DNA of 64,000 bases from Bdellovibrionota bacterium (GCA_050950765.1 JBMNIF010000001.1:192001-256000), one strand, 5' to 3'; positions 1 through 11,200 are shown, counted from the stretch's first letter. A program made the numbers and translations. Notes: generated by a model from the letters alone, not told the origin.

Positions 1-17
1 AATAAAACAGGGGTGTT

Positions 18-350
18 TTAGCAGAAGGTATAATCTTCTTCCTCTTGGAAATCTGAATTAGCTGAAAGAGAACTCAAGATAGAACGTGCATCGTCACGAA
101 TCAGGGAAGAGAGGCTGTTAATCAGAGAAACATGTCTATTAACTTCGTCCCACTCCTGTCTGTTGATGTGCACGCACAGTTCGCCTGCCAAATTGCGCTG
201 CTTTTGTAAGATCTCATCATAAGAGTTTAACCGTTCTATTACTGCTAAAGCAGGATTCCCATTCTTTAGCAAAGTTGTTTTTGCACCGTTAATAGCGCTT
301 TCTAATTCGGTAAGGGATTGAAATAATCTGTCTATAATATTTTTTTGCAT
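18..350 (-). CDS. Hypothetical helical protein (110 aa)
   Basis: ORF with ATG start, coiled-coil-like composition and an acidic tail; no recognised motif. Confidence 0.6.
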   Translation of the reverse strand: MQKNIIDRLFQSLTELESAINGAKTTLLKNGNPALAVIERLNSYDEILQKQRNLAGELCVHINRQEWDEVNRHVSLINSLSSLIRDDARSILSSLSANSDFQEEEDYTFC

Positions 351-737
351 AATCCACCCACAGTTAATTATCTTATAATCTTTTAGCTCAGTACTAATAA
401 TTTTAAAAACTAAAGTCTAATCTAACAGCAGCGACTGACAATCCCTTGTCGAATCCTCAAAAAATAAAGCGTTGTTTGTTCTGCGAATATCTAAGCAACG
501 CTAAATATTTAATGAGGAATGCTATCCATTGCGTGCGGTCTCGGAGTCATTTCAAAAAGCAAAAACTAGACCAAAACGTAACAGCTTGAATTCTTATCTC
601 TAAGAGTATAAAGGTTGGAGCTTTTTAGACAATGGATATTTAAAATTTATTTTAGTATCCTGTAAAAACGGGGACTTGGCGGGGTGTCGTATCGATATAC
701 ATAGTGTCGTTCTTTCAAACACCTGCCGACTTTAGCT

Positions 738-2135
738 ATGTTGCTTATATCGGTGATGTTATCGGAAAATAAAAGCAATAAAATGGGTAAAAAAGAGCAG
801 ATCTTAGATAAATTGATGGCTATTAAAGCAGAAGGCGGGTGCCATCGCTGTGGAACTTGTGTCGGAGTCTGCCCGAGCGCAGCTCTTGGAATCGATTCAG
901 ATTGTTATCCGCAGATAAAAGACAGGAGCGCTTGTATCGGTTGTGGCAAGTGCTTAAAAGTCTGTCCTAGCTCTGATTTTGATTGTAATGCTTTTACGCA
1001 AAAAAAACACGAATATGATTTTAACCTTACACACGGTTTTTTTGATTCTGCTATACTTGCGCATGCTACAAATAAAGTTATCAGAGAAACAGGATCTAGT
1101 GGTGGATTTGTTACGCAGATACTATTGTCTTTATTAAATAGTGGTGAAATAGATGGCGCTTTAGTTGTGGGTAATCGAGAGAACGAAGAGCAGATCTGGA
1201 GTGGCAAGCCGCAAATCGCTAGAACAGCAGATCAGATTATCGCAGCAGCGCAATCAAAATACACCATTGCATCGACTAATTCTGTTCTTTCTGAGATTAT
1301 TAAAGTTGATGGTAGGTATGCTGCGGTCGGATTACCATGTCAGATTCAAGGGATAAAAAAAGCGATCTCTCTTGATAAGCGTCTAGCAGAAAGGATCGTG
1401 CTGACCATAGGGCTTTTTTGTCATTCTACATTAACTCCCGAAGCTTATAAAAGTGTCTGGGATATTTTAAAAATAGATGAAGCTCATCGTTTCATCCCAA
1501 GACTGGGGAAGCACCCTGGTACGCCGTATCTTGAAATGATTAATGGTGAAAAAAAACCGTTATATTTCCCCGAAAAAAAAGGATTTCGTCCTAATTCCAC
1601 AGAGATGTTAAATGTCTTGTTTAGACTTTATACACAACAGCGCTGTTTCTTATGTCACGATGCCCTCTCAGAGTTTGCTGATATTTCAGTAGGAGATCCC
1701 TATCTGCCGGAACCGCAAGGAGTTTCTTTAAAAGATGGTTGGAGCTTTGCTTTAATTAGATCAGAACTCGGACGTAAAGCTTTAGATCTGTCACTGCAGC
1801 GAGGAGATATCGTTATAAAAGAGCTTAGCCAAGCTGAAGCATTAAAATGTAATGCTGTCATGATACGTGAGAAAAAGGATAGAGCTTATTATCAAATTAG
1901 GAAGAATCGGAGTGTTGGGAAGTTTTCACCAATCTATACGCAATCAGAAACAGATATCCCTTGTCTAAATAGAACTCAGAAAATAAAAGTAAAATTAAAT
2001 CTTTTGTCACATTGGTTTTGTGTGCGTCCTGCTGGAAGAGATCGCGCGCTACGTTTCTTTTTGGGGAATGTTGGCTATCAATTTTTAAAATTGAACCATT
2101 ATAGAAAAACTTTTGTTAAAAAATTTAAACGATAA
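738..2135 (+). CDS. Coenzyme F420 hydrogenase/dehydrogenase beta-subunit (FrhB/FdhB) family protein with 2x[4Fe-4S] N-terminus; true start may be ATG 783
   Basis: CHRCGTCVGVCP and CIGCGKCLKVCP ferredoxin motifs; GSSGG, SKY, VGLPCQ, IGLFC, RCFLC..D, ADISVGD motifs. Confidence 0.85.
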   Translation: MLLISVMLSENKSNKMGKKEQILDKLMAIKAEGGCHRCGTCVGVCPSAALGIDSDCYPQIKDRSACIGCGKCLKVCPSSDFDCNAFTQKKHEYDFNLTHGFFDSAILAHATNKVIRETGSSGGFVTQILLSLLNSGEIDGALVVGNRENEEQIWSGKPQIARTADQIIAAAQSKYTIASTNSVLSEIIKVDGRYAAVGLPCQIQGIKKAISLDKRLAERIVLTIGLFCHSTLTPEAYKSVWDILKIDEAHRFIPRLGKHPGTPYLEMINGEKKPLYFPEKKGFRPNSTEMLNVLFRLYTQQRCFLCHDALSEFADISVGDPYLPEPQGVSLKDGWSFALIRSELGRKALDLSLQRGDIVIKELSQAEALKCNAVMIREKKDRAYYQIRKNRSVGKFSPIYTQSETDIPCLNRTQKIKVKLNLLSHWFCVRPAGRDRALRFFLGNVGYQFLKLNHYRKTFVKKFKR

Positions 2136-2158
2136 AAATCATTTAAGGTCAATGCAAC

Positions 2159-2953
2159 ATGACAACAGTTAATACAGATTTAAAAGAGTGGGCGATAAAA
2201 TTATTTCAGAAATCACCCTTAAAACAGAATAAATATCGGATGATTACAGCTCTTTTGCCGAATTTATCGTCTGCAAAGTGTCTTGATGTCGGCTCTGATA
2301 ATGGTGTGATTAGTATGCTGTTAAGAGAAAGAGGAGGTGAGTGGTGTAGTGCGGATCTACTTCCTGAAACGGTGCAATCAATCCGAAGCTTAGTTGAAAG
2401 TAACGTATATCAGATCGCAGATGGCGAGAAACTTCCTTTCTCCGACGCAAATTTTGATGGGGTTGTTGTGGTTGATATGCTTGAGCATCTGCAAAATGAC
2501 CGCTTCTTTGTTGAAGAGATCTATCGTATTTTAAAGCCTGCGGGGTGGGTAATATTTAATGTCCCGAATCCGAAAGAGGGGCTACTAAGAAAATTTCAAT
2601 ATCTAATTGGTCAAACGGATGCAGCCCATGGACATCTTAGAGTAGGCTATACCAGTGCTCAGTTGCAATGCTTGATCTCTAAAAAGTTTGAAGTAGAGAA
2701 GCAACTTTCTTATTCCGGATTTTTTTCGGTCTTAATTGATACGATACTGACATTTGCTTTAAGTTGCCTGAAAAAGGGAGGACGTGGGGAAAAAGGAACT
2801 ATTGTTACGGGAGACGATCTGGATAAGATGCAAAAAAGTTTCAAGCTCTACACCTTGATTTATCCGGTAGTAGCGTGTTTCGTTAAACTGGATAACGTTT
2901 TTTTAAGATCTCATAGAAATATGCTGATTAGTTTATGTAAAAAATGTGATTAG
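2159..2953 (+). CDS. Class I SAM-dependent methyltransferase
   Basis: CLDVGSDNG motif I, LPFSDANFD, LEHL, RILKPAG. Confidence 0.85.
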   Translation: MTTVNTDLKEWAIKLFQKSPLKQNKYRMITALLPNLSSAKCLDVGSDNGVISMLLRERGGEWCSADLLPETVQSIRSLVESNVYQIADGEKLPFSDANFDGVVVVDMLEHLQNDRFFVEEIYRILKPAGWVIFNVPNPKEGLLRKFQYLIGQTDAAHGHLRVGYTSAQLQCLISKKFEVEKQLSYSGFFSVLIDTILTFALSCLKKGGRGEKGTIVTGDDLDKMQKSFKLYTLIYPVVACFVKLDNVFLRSHRNMLISLCKKCD

Positions 2954-2984
2954 TTTTAATTTAGTAGAGTAATCGCTCGCACCT

Positions 2985-3235
2985 TTAGGGGCGCTGCCTT
3001 TTGCTAATATATTGATATTATTAAGTTGCTGTAAACTTAAAGTTTGAATGCCTTAATTGTAAAGCGTTCAGCGCTGAAGGGCGGCACTTTTTACCTTCGT
3101 AAAAATCTAGCTAATTCGCTTTGCAGTTGCACCCCTTTTAACTGTTCTTAGAGGGTGGTGTTTCTACCTCCGTTAAAATCTAACCAATTCGTTTTTTAGT
3201 TGTAGCCCCTCAATCGTCATTGGTGGGTGGCACCA
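2985..3235 (+). repeat. Degenerate GGGTGGCACCA mosaic array (partial D module plus two A modules)
   Basis: Exact core at 3225, degenerate cores near 3079 and 3152, A-type module sequence, IHF-like site at 3005-3017. Confidence 0.75.
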
Positions 3236-3238
3236 GAG

Positions 3239-4384
3239 TTACAGGTTTTGCAATAGTTTCTTTGCCGTTCTTTCCCAAGTGAATTTTTGCAGAACCAGCT
3301 CTTTAAGCTTTTTTATAGCTGTAATCTTATTTTTATTGTTTATAGCCTTTTTTAATCCAGCATAGATGCTTTCTTGTGTATTGTCATTCAACACAATCCC
3401 GTAAGTATCATCTAAAATTAGATCTTCAACATTACAAGCTTTTGTACAAACTACATAGCTTTCACAGATTGCAGCCTCTAATAAAACACTAGCAAACCCT
3501 TCAGAGTCACTGGGAAGACAAAAAATATCTGTCTGATGTTGTAAAATAATACATTCTTCAAAAGAAAGTGACCCTAATACAATTATATTTTTATTGGCTT
3601 TTGCTTTTATCGTAGGATATAGAACGCCATCTCCGGCGATAAAAAGAAAAATATTTTTATTTTCTTCACTTAATTTCTGGAAAGCTGCTAACAATTGAAG
3701 AATCCCCTTAAATTTAAACAATCTCCCGATAAAACTTATTACTATTGCTTCTTTAGGAAGATGAAATTCGTCTCTAAAATTTCTTTTTCTTTTTGTTAAT
3801 ATATCTTCGATAGCATGACTATCAACGCAGTTTGGTAGTACACCCTGTCCCGTAATAGCAAAATGGTTCAACCATCTTTTCCCACCCGCAGAAACCGCAC
3901 AGAAATTTTTACAGTAGCGTTTAAGTAAAGAGGTAATGCAGTGTTCGTAAAGATTAGTAGCAAGATCCAGTAAGCGATTATTAAATGTTAAATGCGCTGA
4001 TCCGTGTTCTATCACTAGGCATTTAATGTTGTTTTTATAAGCTAAATAAGCCATAAGCAATGATTGTAAATAAAATCTGCAATTAATGACCATTGAATCA
4101 AAGCGAGCATCTTTTATCTGCTTTATCAATAGAAAAGATTTTGCACACGGATAAGGGATCGGGAAACGACCATGTATTAACATCAAACTTTTTAAACGGT
4201 AAAAAGAGATATCTTTATCTTTTTCATCAAGAGAATAGTTATCACAATTCGTTGTGACAACAGTAATGTGATGTCCCATTTTTGTTAATTCAGAAGCTAT
4301 GGATTGAGAATATTTACCAACTCCTCCTGTATATGGAGGATAATGTACAGTTGATATGCAGATCTTTTTCCTATCTTTTTTCAC
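3239..4384 (-). CDS. Glycosyltransferase family 4 (GT-B) protein
   Basis: N-terminal YPPYTGGVG, FIGRL..KG, DIFCLPSDSEGFASVLLEAA (ExF...LLEA), C-terminal FTWE. Confidence 0.9.
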   Translation of the reverse strand: MKKDRKKICISTVHYPPYTGGVGKYSQSIASELTKMGHHITVVTTNCDNYSLDEKDKDISFYRLKSLMLIHGRFPIPYPCAKSFLLIKQIKDARFDSMVINCRFYLQSLLMAYLAYKNNIKCLVIEHGSAHLTFNNRLLDLATNLYEHCITSLLKRYCKNFCAVSAGGKRWLNHFAITGQGVLPNCVDSHAIEDILTKRKRNFRDEFHLPKEAIVISFIGRLFKFKGILQLLAAFQKLSEENKNIFLFIAGDGVLYPTIKAKANKNIIVLGSLSFEECIILQHQTDIFCLPSDSEGFASVLLEAAICESYVVCTKACNVEDLILDDTYGIVLNDNTQESIYAGLKKAINNKNKITAIKKLKELVLQKFTWERTAKKLLQNL

Positions 4385-4560
4385 AAATTACGGCACTATT
4401 AAAATTATGCAGTATGTATAAAATTACTTTTCTTTTTCATCAAAATTACATTTTTTTAGTAAACTTACTAGCTAAAGAATATTTTCATTATGATTATTCG
4501 TGCCAGAGGCTAATTTCGTTAACAATTTCAATATGGCAATTGGCAAGAGCATGGGCATCC

Positions 4561-4720
4561 TTGAAGGGTGGCACTTTTTACCTTCGTAAAAATCTAGCTA
4601 ATTCGCTTTGCAGTTGCACCCCTTTTAACTGTTCTTAGAGGGTGGTGTTTCTACCTTCGTTAAAATCTAGCTAATTCGCTTTGCAGTTGCAGCCCGCTCA
4701 ATTGTCACTGAAGGGTGGCG
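4561..4720 (+). repeat. Degenerate mosaic array (two A modules); near-identical to 3075-3200
   Basis: tgaagggtggcactttttaccttcgtaaaaatctagctaattcgctttgcagttgcacccc...gagggtggtgtttctacc repeated at both loci. Confidence 0.8.
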
Positions 4721-4725
4721 TTAAG

Positions 4726-5145
4726 TTACCAGTTATGTTGCCATGAAATAGTGATGGAAAGATTGTGAGTTTTTGAATCTATTGTAACTATATTTATGGC
4801 GTTGCTGGAGTCTACTTTGTCTATTGTAAAAGAAGTTGGATGCGGATCTACTTCGTAGATAGCAAGGCGATAGAAATTTTTTGTACTTTCATCAAGGACG
4901 TTTTTTTCTTGAAGCTTAGCAAATAAACTTTTGTCGAGTAAGGTAGATGAAGGTGTCTCTGTTTTCGCATCACCTTTCATTACTACTGATGCAAGGAGAG
5001 AGTCCGCTTTCTGTTCTGATTTTTTAACGGTCAGTATATTGTCAAAATTAAGTGCATCCGAAGTAGCAAAGGTATCTGTGACAAATAACAGTAAAACCAT
5101 TAATGTAAAAAAAGTCGACGTGAACAGTATGCTTAAACACCTCAT
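4726..5145 (-). CDS. Hypothetical exported protein (likely start ATG 5145)
   Basis: AGGAG RBS before ATG 5145, hydrophobic signal-peptide-like N-terminus, C-terminal Trp. Confidence 0.55.
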   Translation of the reverse strand: MRCLSILFTSTFFTLMVLLLFVTDTFATSDALNFDNILTVKKSEQKADSLLASVVMKGDAKTETPSSTLLDKSLFAKLQEKNVLDESTKNFYRLAIYEVDPHPTSFTIDKVDSSNAINIVTIDSKTHNLSITISWQHNW

Positions 5146-5404
5146 AGCTTTCACTCCTACCGACAACACTACAAGCAAAAGAGTAAGATCTACTTCCCTC
5201 AATGAGCGGAACAGCCGCTTTAAAACCTCGTCAATTATTGCTTTGTACTTGATGTTTTGGCGTGTTTTTTAGAGGTAGAAAAGAATGTGCCAAGCGATGA
5301 AATGGTAATTTTGTAATAAAACTAAGATCTTATCTTAGAAAGAGCTAAGATATTTTTTAAGAAAAAGCACCTAACTTCCGAGCTCAAATACTACTAGGCT
5401 AGCT

Positions 5405-5890
5405 AGAGGGTGGCATTTTTAACCCCCGTCAAAATCTAGCTGATTCGTTTTGCAGTCGCAGCCTGTTCAATCGTCCCTGAAGGGTGGCACCAGTGACAGC
5501 CAGCTACAAAGAAGGGTGGCACCAGATCTGCCGAATTTTGGATTTTTGCTAATGTCTTGATATTATTAGATGTTATGATTTTGAAGTTTGGATGTCCTAT
5601 TTACGAAGCGTCTGCAACGCTGAAGGGTGGCACCAAATTTTATCCCGTCTTAGTGAAGGGTGGCACCAGTGACAGCCAGCTACAAAGAAGGGTGGCACCA
5701 GATCTGTCGAATTTTGGATTTTTGCTAATGTCTTGATATTATTAGATGTTATGATTTTGAAGTTTGGATGTCCTATTTGCAAAGCGTCTGCAACGCTGAA
5801 GGGTGGCACCAAATTTTTGACCTTCGTGAAAACTTAACCAATTCGCTTTTCAATATCAGCCCGCTCTGTTGTCCTTAGAAGGTGGCAAAT
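5405..5890 (+). repeat. GGGTGGCACCA mosaic array (modules A-B-D-E-B-D-A)
   Basis: Exact cores at 5482, 5514, 5625, 5658, 5690, 5801; degenerate terminal cores near 5408 and 5880. Confidence 0.95.
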
Positions 5891-5901
5891 TTCTCAAAAA
5901 A

Positions 5902-7851
5902 TTATTCATACCTTAAAGCATCAATCGGTTTTAAGCGAGCAGCTTTTAAAGCAGGATAGACACCAAAAAAGATTCCAACAGCGAATGAGAATCCAAGAGC
6001 CATAAAAACTGATTCCGGTGTAACGTAAGTTGCCCAATTTTTATAGTATGACAACGCTAAACTGGCACCCCAACCACAAGCCACACCGATTATGCCGCCA
6101 CAAGTGCTGATTAGGAATGATTCTATTAAAAATTGCATTAGGATATCACGTCTCCTAGCACCTATTGATTTACGAATGCCTATTTCGCGAGTTCGTTCCG
6201 TCACGGAAACAAGCATGATGTTCATAATGCCGATACCACCGACTAATAAAGAGATACCTGCGATAGAAGCAATTAACATTGACATGGTGCTACCCGTAGA
6301 AGTCATCATGTCTTGTATCTCTGCCATGTTGCGAATTAAAAAAGCATCCTCAATCTGAGAAGGTGGAACTTTATGACGTTTTATGAGTAGCTGCCTTATA
6401 CTTTCTTCAATGGAGAACATATCAGCAGCAGTAGACATTTCAACGTCTATTAAATCGATATAATTTTTCCCGAAAAGACGACGCATGGCAGTGGTGTAAG
6501 GGATAATCACAATATCATCCTGATCCATAGGACCCGATGAGCCTTTTTCCGGTAGAACTCCGATCACACGAAAGTTAATGCGATTAATTTTAATGGTGGC
6601 ACCAACCGGATTCTTGGTTCCAAACAACTCTCTAACTACGGTTACTCCAAGTAAAGCGACAGTGTCGCGTTGATCCACTTCCTGTTGATTAAAGAACCTG
6701 CCGATAGTTGGTGTGGCTGCTTTAATCTCTTCATAATCAACAGAGGTGCCTGTGATGGATGAGTTGCGATTGTTGTTTAAGTAAACCACTTGAGCATTTT
6801 GCCTGACTGATGGCGCAGCGTTTTTTACACCACTAATCTGTTTTTTAATGGCATTAACATCATCCATCGTCAGCTGAGTGACTAAGCCACTCTCGAGAGC
6901 AACACCCCCACTTTTAAAAGCTCCCGAACGAACCATTAAAAGGTTAGAACCCATCTTTGAAATCTGTTTCTCTATGGATTTTTGCGCACCTCGTCCGATG
7001 GCAAGCATCGCTACAACTGCAGCAACTCCGATTAAAATTCCCAACATAGAAAGGAAAGCGCGGATCTTATTAGCTCGAATTGATCGAATCCCCTGCCTAA
7101 AATGTTCCGATAATTCAGCTAAAAATGAGGGATGATGCGACTTTGCAGGTGAGGCGGAGTGCTTTTCTATTTGAGGTAACTGACCAAACTCTTCATCAGA
7201 AATGATCTTGCCGTCACGCATTCTGATAATGCGTCTGGCTTCCTTACCGATCTCTTCATTGTGCGTTACGATAACAACAGTAATACCTTGAGTGTTCAGA
7301 TCTTTTAATAAATTTATAATCTCACGTTCACTGGCAGAATCTAAATTACCGGTTGGTTCATCAGCAAGAATTAGAGTGGGAGTGTTGATAAGTGCTCGCG
7401 CTATTGCAACGCGTTGTTGTTGTCCACCGGATAGCTCTGTTGGACGATGTGTAGTGCGTTCCCCCATCCCGACCAAGTTTAACAGTTTGATGGCGTTAGT
7501 ACGTTCTTTTAAACGACCAGAATAGACAAGGGGGAGTTCTACGTTCTCTTTAGCGTTTAATCGCGGTAGTAAATTAAATTGTTGGAAGATAAAGCCGATT
7601 GTATCTCTTCTTAATTCTGCTAACTTGTCTTCATCGTAACTCTTAATCTCTTTGCCATTAAGGATATATTCCCCCGTGTCTGCGTGATCTAATAACCCTA
7701 TGACATTCATTAAGGTGGATTTGCCAGAACCTGAAGGTCCCATAATAGCGAGAAACTCACCATCCCTGATGGTTAAGGAGACGTCATCCAGCGCATGAAC
7801 ATCATTATCTCCGAGGTGGTAAGTTTTTTTTAAGTGTCGAAGTTCTAACAT
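5902..7851 (-). CDS. macB: MacB-type ABC transporter, fused ATPase and permease
   Basis: [35 protein letters not shown]; permease [24 protein letters not shown] and PIDALRYE. Confidence 0.92.
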   Translation of the reverse strand: MLELRHLKKTYHLGDNDVHALDDVSLTIRDGEFLAIMGPSGSGKSTLMNVIGLLDHADTGEYILNGKEIKSYDEDKLAELRRDTIGFIFQQFNLLPRLNAKENVELPLVYSGRLKERTNAIKLLNLVGMGERTTHRPTELSGGQQQRVAIARALINTPTLILADEPTGNLDSASEREIINLLKDLNTQGITVVIVTHNEEIGKEARRIIRMRDGKIISDEEFGQLPQIEKHSASPAKSHHPSFLAELSEHFRQGIRSIRANKIRAFLSMLGILIGVAAVVAMLAIGRGAQKSIEKQISKMGSNLLMVRSGAFKSGGVALESGLVTQLTMDDVNAIKKQISGVKNAAPSVRQNAQVVYLNNNRNSSITGTSVDYEEIKAATPTIGRFFNQQEVDQRDTVALLGVTVVRELFGTKNPVGATIKINRINFRVIGVLPEKGSSGPMDQDDIVIIPYTTAMRRLFGKNYIDLIDVEMSTAADMFSIEESIRQLLIKRHKVPPSQIEDAFLIRNMAEIQDMMTSTGSTMSMLIASIAGISLLVGGIGIMNIMLVSVTERTREIGIRKSIGARRRDILMQFLIESFLISTCGGIIGVACGWGASLALSYYKNWATYVTPESVFMALGFSFAVGIFFGVYPALKAARLKPIDALRYE

Positions 7852-7862
7852 AAGATAGTACT

Positions 7863-8822
7863 TTATTTTTTACGTCTGAATTGCGGCATAAAAGGGCTTA
7901 CTTGCCTCTCTGTATTTTCGAATAAAAGAGATTTTGTTACGTAGATAGTATCGCCAACCTGTAACCCATTTTTTACTTCAATTAAATCTCCTTCCGAATC
8001 ACCAACCTCTATCTGAACTTCTGTGATCTTGTCTTTAGCTGCAGGGATCTGGACATAAGTTTTACCATTTTTATATTTTACAGCACTTTGTGGAATAACG
8101 ATGATGTTTTCTTTTGTCTCTACGTTAAAAGTGATGTTGGCTGTCATCCCACTACGCATAAAAGCAGGCGTAGCTTCCGGAATAACATCAACAATGTAAG
8201 TAGTGACATTATTAACGGTAGTGGCTTCGTAAGCGATATGAGAAACGGTGGCAGGGATCTGCTCTTGAGGATAGGCATCCAATACAATTGTGGCTTTTTG
8301 TTGTAATAAAATTTGCCTTAAGTCTGTCTCATCAACTTGCGCTTTAACAACAAGCCTGTCGGACAATACAAAAACCGCTTCATTTGAAAAGGTTTGTCCT
8401 GGTTCTACGTCACGTAAAATAACGGTTCCTGAAATCGGAGCATAGATCGGAGTAGGTTTGTAGTACTGTTGCCACTTTGAAAGTTCAGCAGGGCTGATAG
8501 CGCGCGCTGCATCAAGCAACGCCGCACGTTCCGTAGAGCTCATCCATGCCAAAAGTTGACCGTTCTTAACCTGATCGCCTTCATTTACTAAAACCTCTTC
8601 AACACGACCTGCAATAGGAGGCTTTATCTCCAAACGATTTTGCGGTTCAACCGTACCCGTTGTTAAGACGGTAGTAGAAATTTTACCAAGTTTAACCGTT
8701 ATTTTTTGCAAGGGTTTTTCAGTTTCCTTACGAGGTTGAGAGAGGGCAACTTTTATTTGCAGTGTAAGTGGTAATATTAAAAGTGCAGCTATAATCAGTG
8801 GTTTTATAATTCTTTGTGTCAT
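7863..8822 (-). CDS. MacA-like periplasmic adaptor (membrane fusion protein)
   Basis: Lipoyl-like GRVEEVLVNEGDQVKNGQLL, APISGTV, VDETD, MRSGMTA; between macB and the OM factor. Confidence 0.88.
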   Translation of the reverse strand: MTQRIIKPLIIAALLILPLTLQIKVALSQPRKETEKPLQKITVKLGKISTTVLTTGTVEPQNRLEIKPPIAGRVEEVLVNEGDQVKNGQLLAWMSSTERAALLDAARAISPAELSKWQQYYKPTPIYAPISGTVILRDVEPGQTFSNEAVFVLSDRLVVKAQVDETDLRQILLQQKATIVLDAYPQEQIPATVSHIAYEATTVNNVTTYIVDVIPEATPAFMRSGMTANITFNVETKENIIVIPQSAVKYKNGKTYVQIPAAKDKITEVQIEVGDSEGDLIEVKNGLQVGDTIYVTKSLLFENTERQVSPFMPQFRRKK

Positions 8823-8825
8823 GGT

Positions 8826-10151
8826 CTATAAAGCTCCTTCTCCAATGGATTGTTCCCAATTTGCTTCTGCAACAACCCGCTCACGTTCGCTTAAAAGTTC
8901 AGATTTTTGATAATTGATTAATTCCGTTTCGATGATATCCCAATTTTCAAAATTCAGTAGACCGATATTGTATTTATGACGACCGATCTCGGCACGAACA
9001 GCGGAAGCTTCGCGTAGGTTGGTTTGAATCTGTACTTTGTCTTGAGCTGATTTCATAGCTGTATATGCAGACTTGATATTACTACGTACTGCTTGCATCG
9101 TGGCTACTTCAGAAGCTTTGGCTGCGGCTAAGTCAGACTTTGCTTTCGAAACTTTATTTTTATTTCTACCGAAAGTAAAAATCGGGATAGAGGCGTCTAA
9201 ACCTATCGCATAATTTTCCATACTATCCATAGAATCTCCATCCATCACCCCAGATTGTGCTGTTAGATTTATACTTGGATAGAGCGCTGATCTTGCAGTT
9301 TTTAGTTGTGCTTCTGCGTTCTCTTTACGAGCTTGGCTAAGTCTCACCTCCGGATGATTGATAATCTCTGTTTCAAGATCATATTTAGCGATCACTAAAG
9401 GCGGCATGTCACCATCAATGATCTGTAAGGTGCTTGCATCAGGTCTTCCTAAAACTTTTGCCAACGCTATACGTGAAGATTCCACTTCGCGCAGGGCTTG
9501 CTCTTTTTCATAGAGAGCCTGCTCATAAAGTGCTTTAGCTTGCAGATACGATCCCTTATTTTCATTTCCGCCTTTATAACGTAAAGACACGACATCTAGG
9601 TTCTCTTTTCGACGTTGAGTGATCTTTGTGGCGAGCTTAACGTAACGTTGCCAATACAGCAGAGTGCTAAAAGAAGTTTTTAATTCTGCGCTGATACGAG
9701 CTTTCGCTAATGCAATATTAGCTTTGCTTTCAGCATATCCGGCAGTGGCTTGCTCTAAGGCGGCATCATTAGCAAAACCTGAAAAGATATTCTGCGTAAC
9801 AGAGATAGTGCCTGTTACAGTAGTTCTATCTGAAGAAGCGCTGTTCATATTGGTGATGGATCCACCTTGGCTAAATCCGTTCCCGTAATTATTACGTCCT
9901 CCCCACGAATCACTACGTTGTGAGGAGAGTCCGGCACCGATGCTCGGACGATAATCTGCTTGAGCAACTTTTTGCTGAAAAGCTGAGGCATCTTTTGAGT
10001 GATAGAGAGACAAGAGCTCCGGATTATTTTCGTTAGTTTCTTTTACACAATCTGCAAATGAAAGGGGTGAAGTTTTAAGCTCTTCGGCAAAAACATTACT
10101 GGATAAAAATATCTGAATAATCAATATGTTGAATATTTTATTTATCATCAT
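8826..10151 (-). CDS. TolC-family outer membrane efflux protein
   Basis: Signal peptide, NNPEL, repeated OEP halves (YRPSIG / LYPSINL), first gene of the tripartite exporter operon. Confidence 0.85.
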   Translation of the reverse strand: MMINKIFNILIIQIFLSSNVFAEELKTSPLSFADCVKETNENNPELLSLYHSKDASAFQQKVAQADYRPSIGAGLSSQRSDSWGGRNNYGNGFSQGGSITNMNSASSDRTTVTGTISVTQNIFSGFANDAALEQATAGYAESKANIALAKARISAELKTSFSTLLYWQRYVKLATKITQRRKENLDVVSLRYKGGNENKGSYLQAKALYEQALYEKEQALREVESSRIALAKVLGRPDASTLQIIDGDMPPLVIAKYDLETEIINHPEVRLSQARKENAEAQLKTARSALYPSINLTAQSGVMDGDSMDSMENYAIGLDASIPIFTFGRNKNKVSKAKSDLAAAKASEVATMQAVRSNIKSAYTAMKSAQDKVQIQTNLREASAVRAEIGRHKYNIGLLNFENWDIIETELINYQKSELLSERERVVAEANWEQSIGEGAL

Positions 10152-10254
10152 GGTGTAAATATTTCGCGTTCTTTTTAAATGTATAAAAGAGGATGATAAA
10201 CATAAATAGGCGTCATTAAAAAGAGTTTCTAAGTTTCGAGTGTAGGCAATTTTA

Positions 10255-11035
10255 AATTTAGGATACCCACTTTTTACTGGGTTTTTAAGCTTTTGCTAAT
10301 GTCTTAATATTATTAACTATTGCAATTTTAGAGTTTGGATGTCCTATTTACAAAGCGTCTGCAACGCTGAAGGGTGGCACCAGATTTTTAACCCCCGTGA
10401 AGATCTAGCTGATTCGTTTTGCAGTTGCAGCCCGTTCAATCGTCACTGAAGGGTGGCACCAGAACTGCAGCCGCCAAGATCTGACAAATCTGCTTATACT
10501 GAAGGGTGGCACCAGTTTTTTAACCCCCGTGAAGATCTAGCTAATCTGTTATGCAGTTGCAGCCCGCCCGATCGTCCCAGAAGGGTGGCACCAAAACTGC
10601 CGAATTCTAACTTCTGCTAACATCTTGATATTATTAGCAGCGCTGGTGGGTGGCACCAGTGATAGCTAGCCATAAAGAAGGGTGGCACCAAAACTGCCCG
10701 ATTTTGGATTTTTGTTAACGTCTTGATATTATTAGCAGCGCTGGTGGGTGGCACCAACGACAGGCAGCTACAAAGAAGGGTGGCACCAGATCTGCCGAAT
10801 TTTAAGGTTTTGTTAATGTCTTGATATTATTAGATGTTGTAATTTTGAAGTTCGGGTGTCCTATTTGCAGCGCTGAAGGGTGGCACCAGTGATAGCTAGC
10901 TACAAAGAAGGGTGGCACCAGTTTTTTGACCTCCGTAAAGATCTAGCCGATCCGGTTTTGTAGTTGCAGCCCGTTCGGTCGTCCCCCAGATTTCTGAAGG
11001 GTGGCACCAGATCTCCGCTTTTTAGTCGCAGCCTG
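10255..11035 (+). repeat. GGGTGGCACCA mosaic array (11 exact cores)
   Basis: Cores at 10372, 10451, 10504, 10583, 10648, 10680, 10746, 10778, 10878, 10910, 10999, separated by A, B, D, short-D and unique modules. Confidence 0.95.
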
Positions 11036-11057
11036 CGCAACTTTAGAAAAAGGTTTT

Positions 11058-11200
11058 TTGCTTTCTTGATTTAAGTGTGGTATATCCGGCGCCGATTTCG
11101 CACTCGGTGACATAGTCTTGGTGGAGGGGTGCCCTTTTACCGCCGAGGAGGATGACTCGAGAACTTTGTTTTCGAGGATTAACTAAGACGGAGTATATAA
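11058..11200 (+). promoter_or_regulatory. Putative rpsB promoter and structured 5' leader (S2 autoregulatory / t44-like)
   Basis: TTGCTT-17bp-TATATC with a TG extension; GC-rich leader with hairpins (e.g. ctcgagaac...gttttcgag 11156-11176) upstream of rpsB. Confidence 0.45.

Noticed and set aside
5277..5292. Possible sigma54 promoter (minus strand TGGCACA-N4-TTTCT) for the 4726-5145 gene
   Set aside because: The -12 element lacks the conserved GC; too weak to call.
6594..6604. Core-like words inside coding genes (macB 6594, lpdA ~44760, GNAT ~40345)
   Set aside because: Partial matches explained by codons (VGAT, GGT, GRAT) with no flanking modules; also argues against a dispersed DNA-uptake-sequence role.
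10642..10747. E. coli Chi (GCTGGTGG) within two array junctions
   Set aside because: Arises from the ctggt+core junction in only two copies; Chi sequences are lineage-specific.
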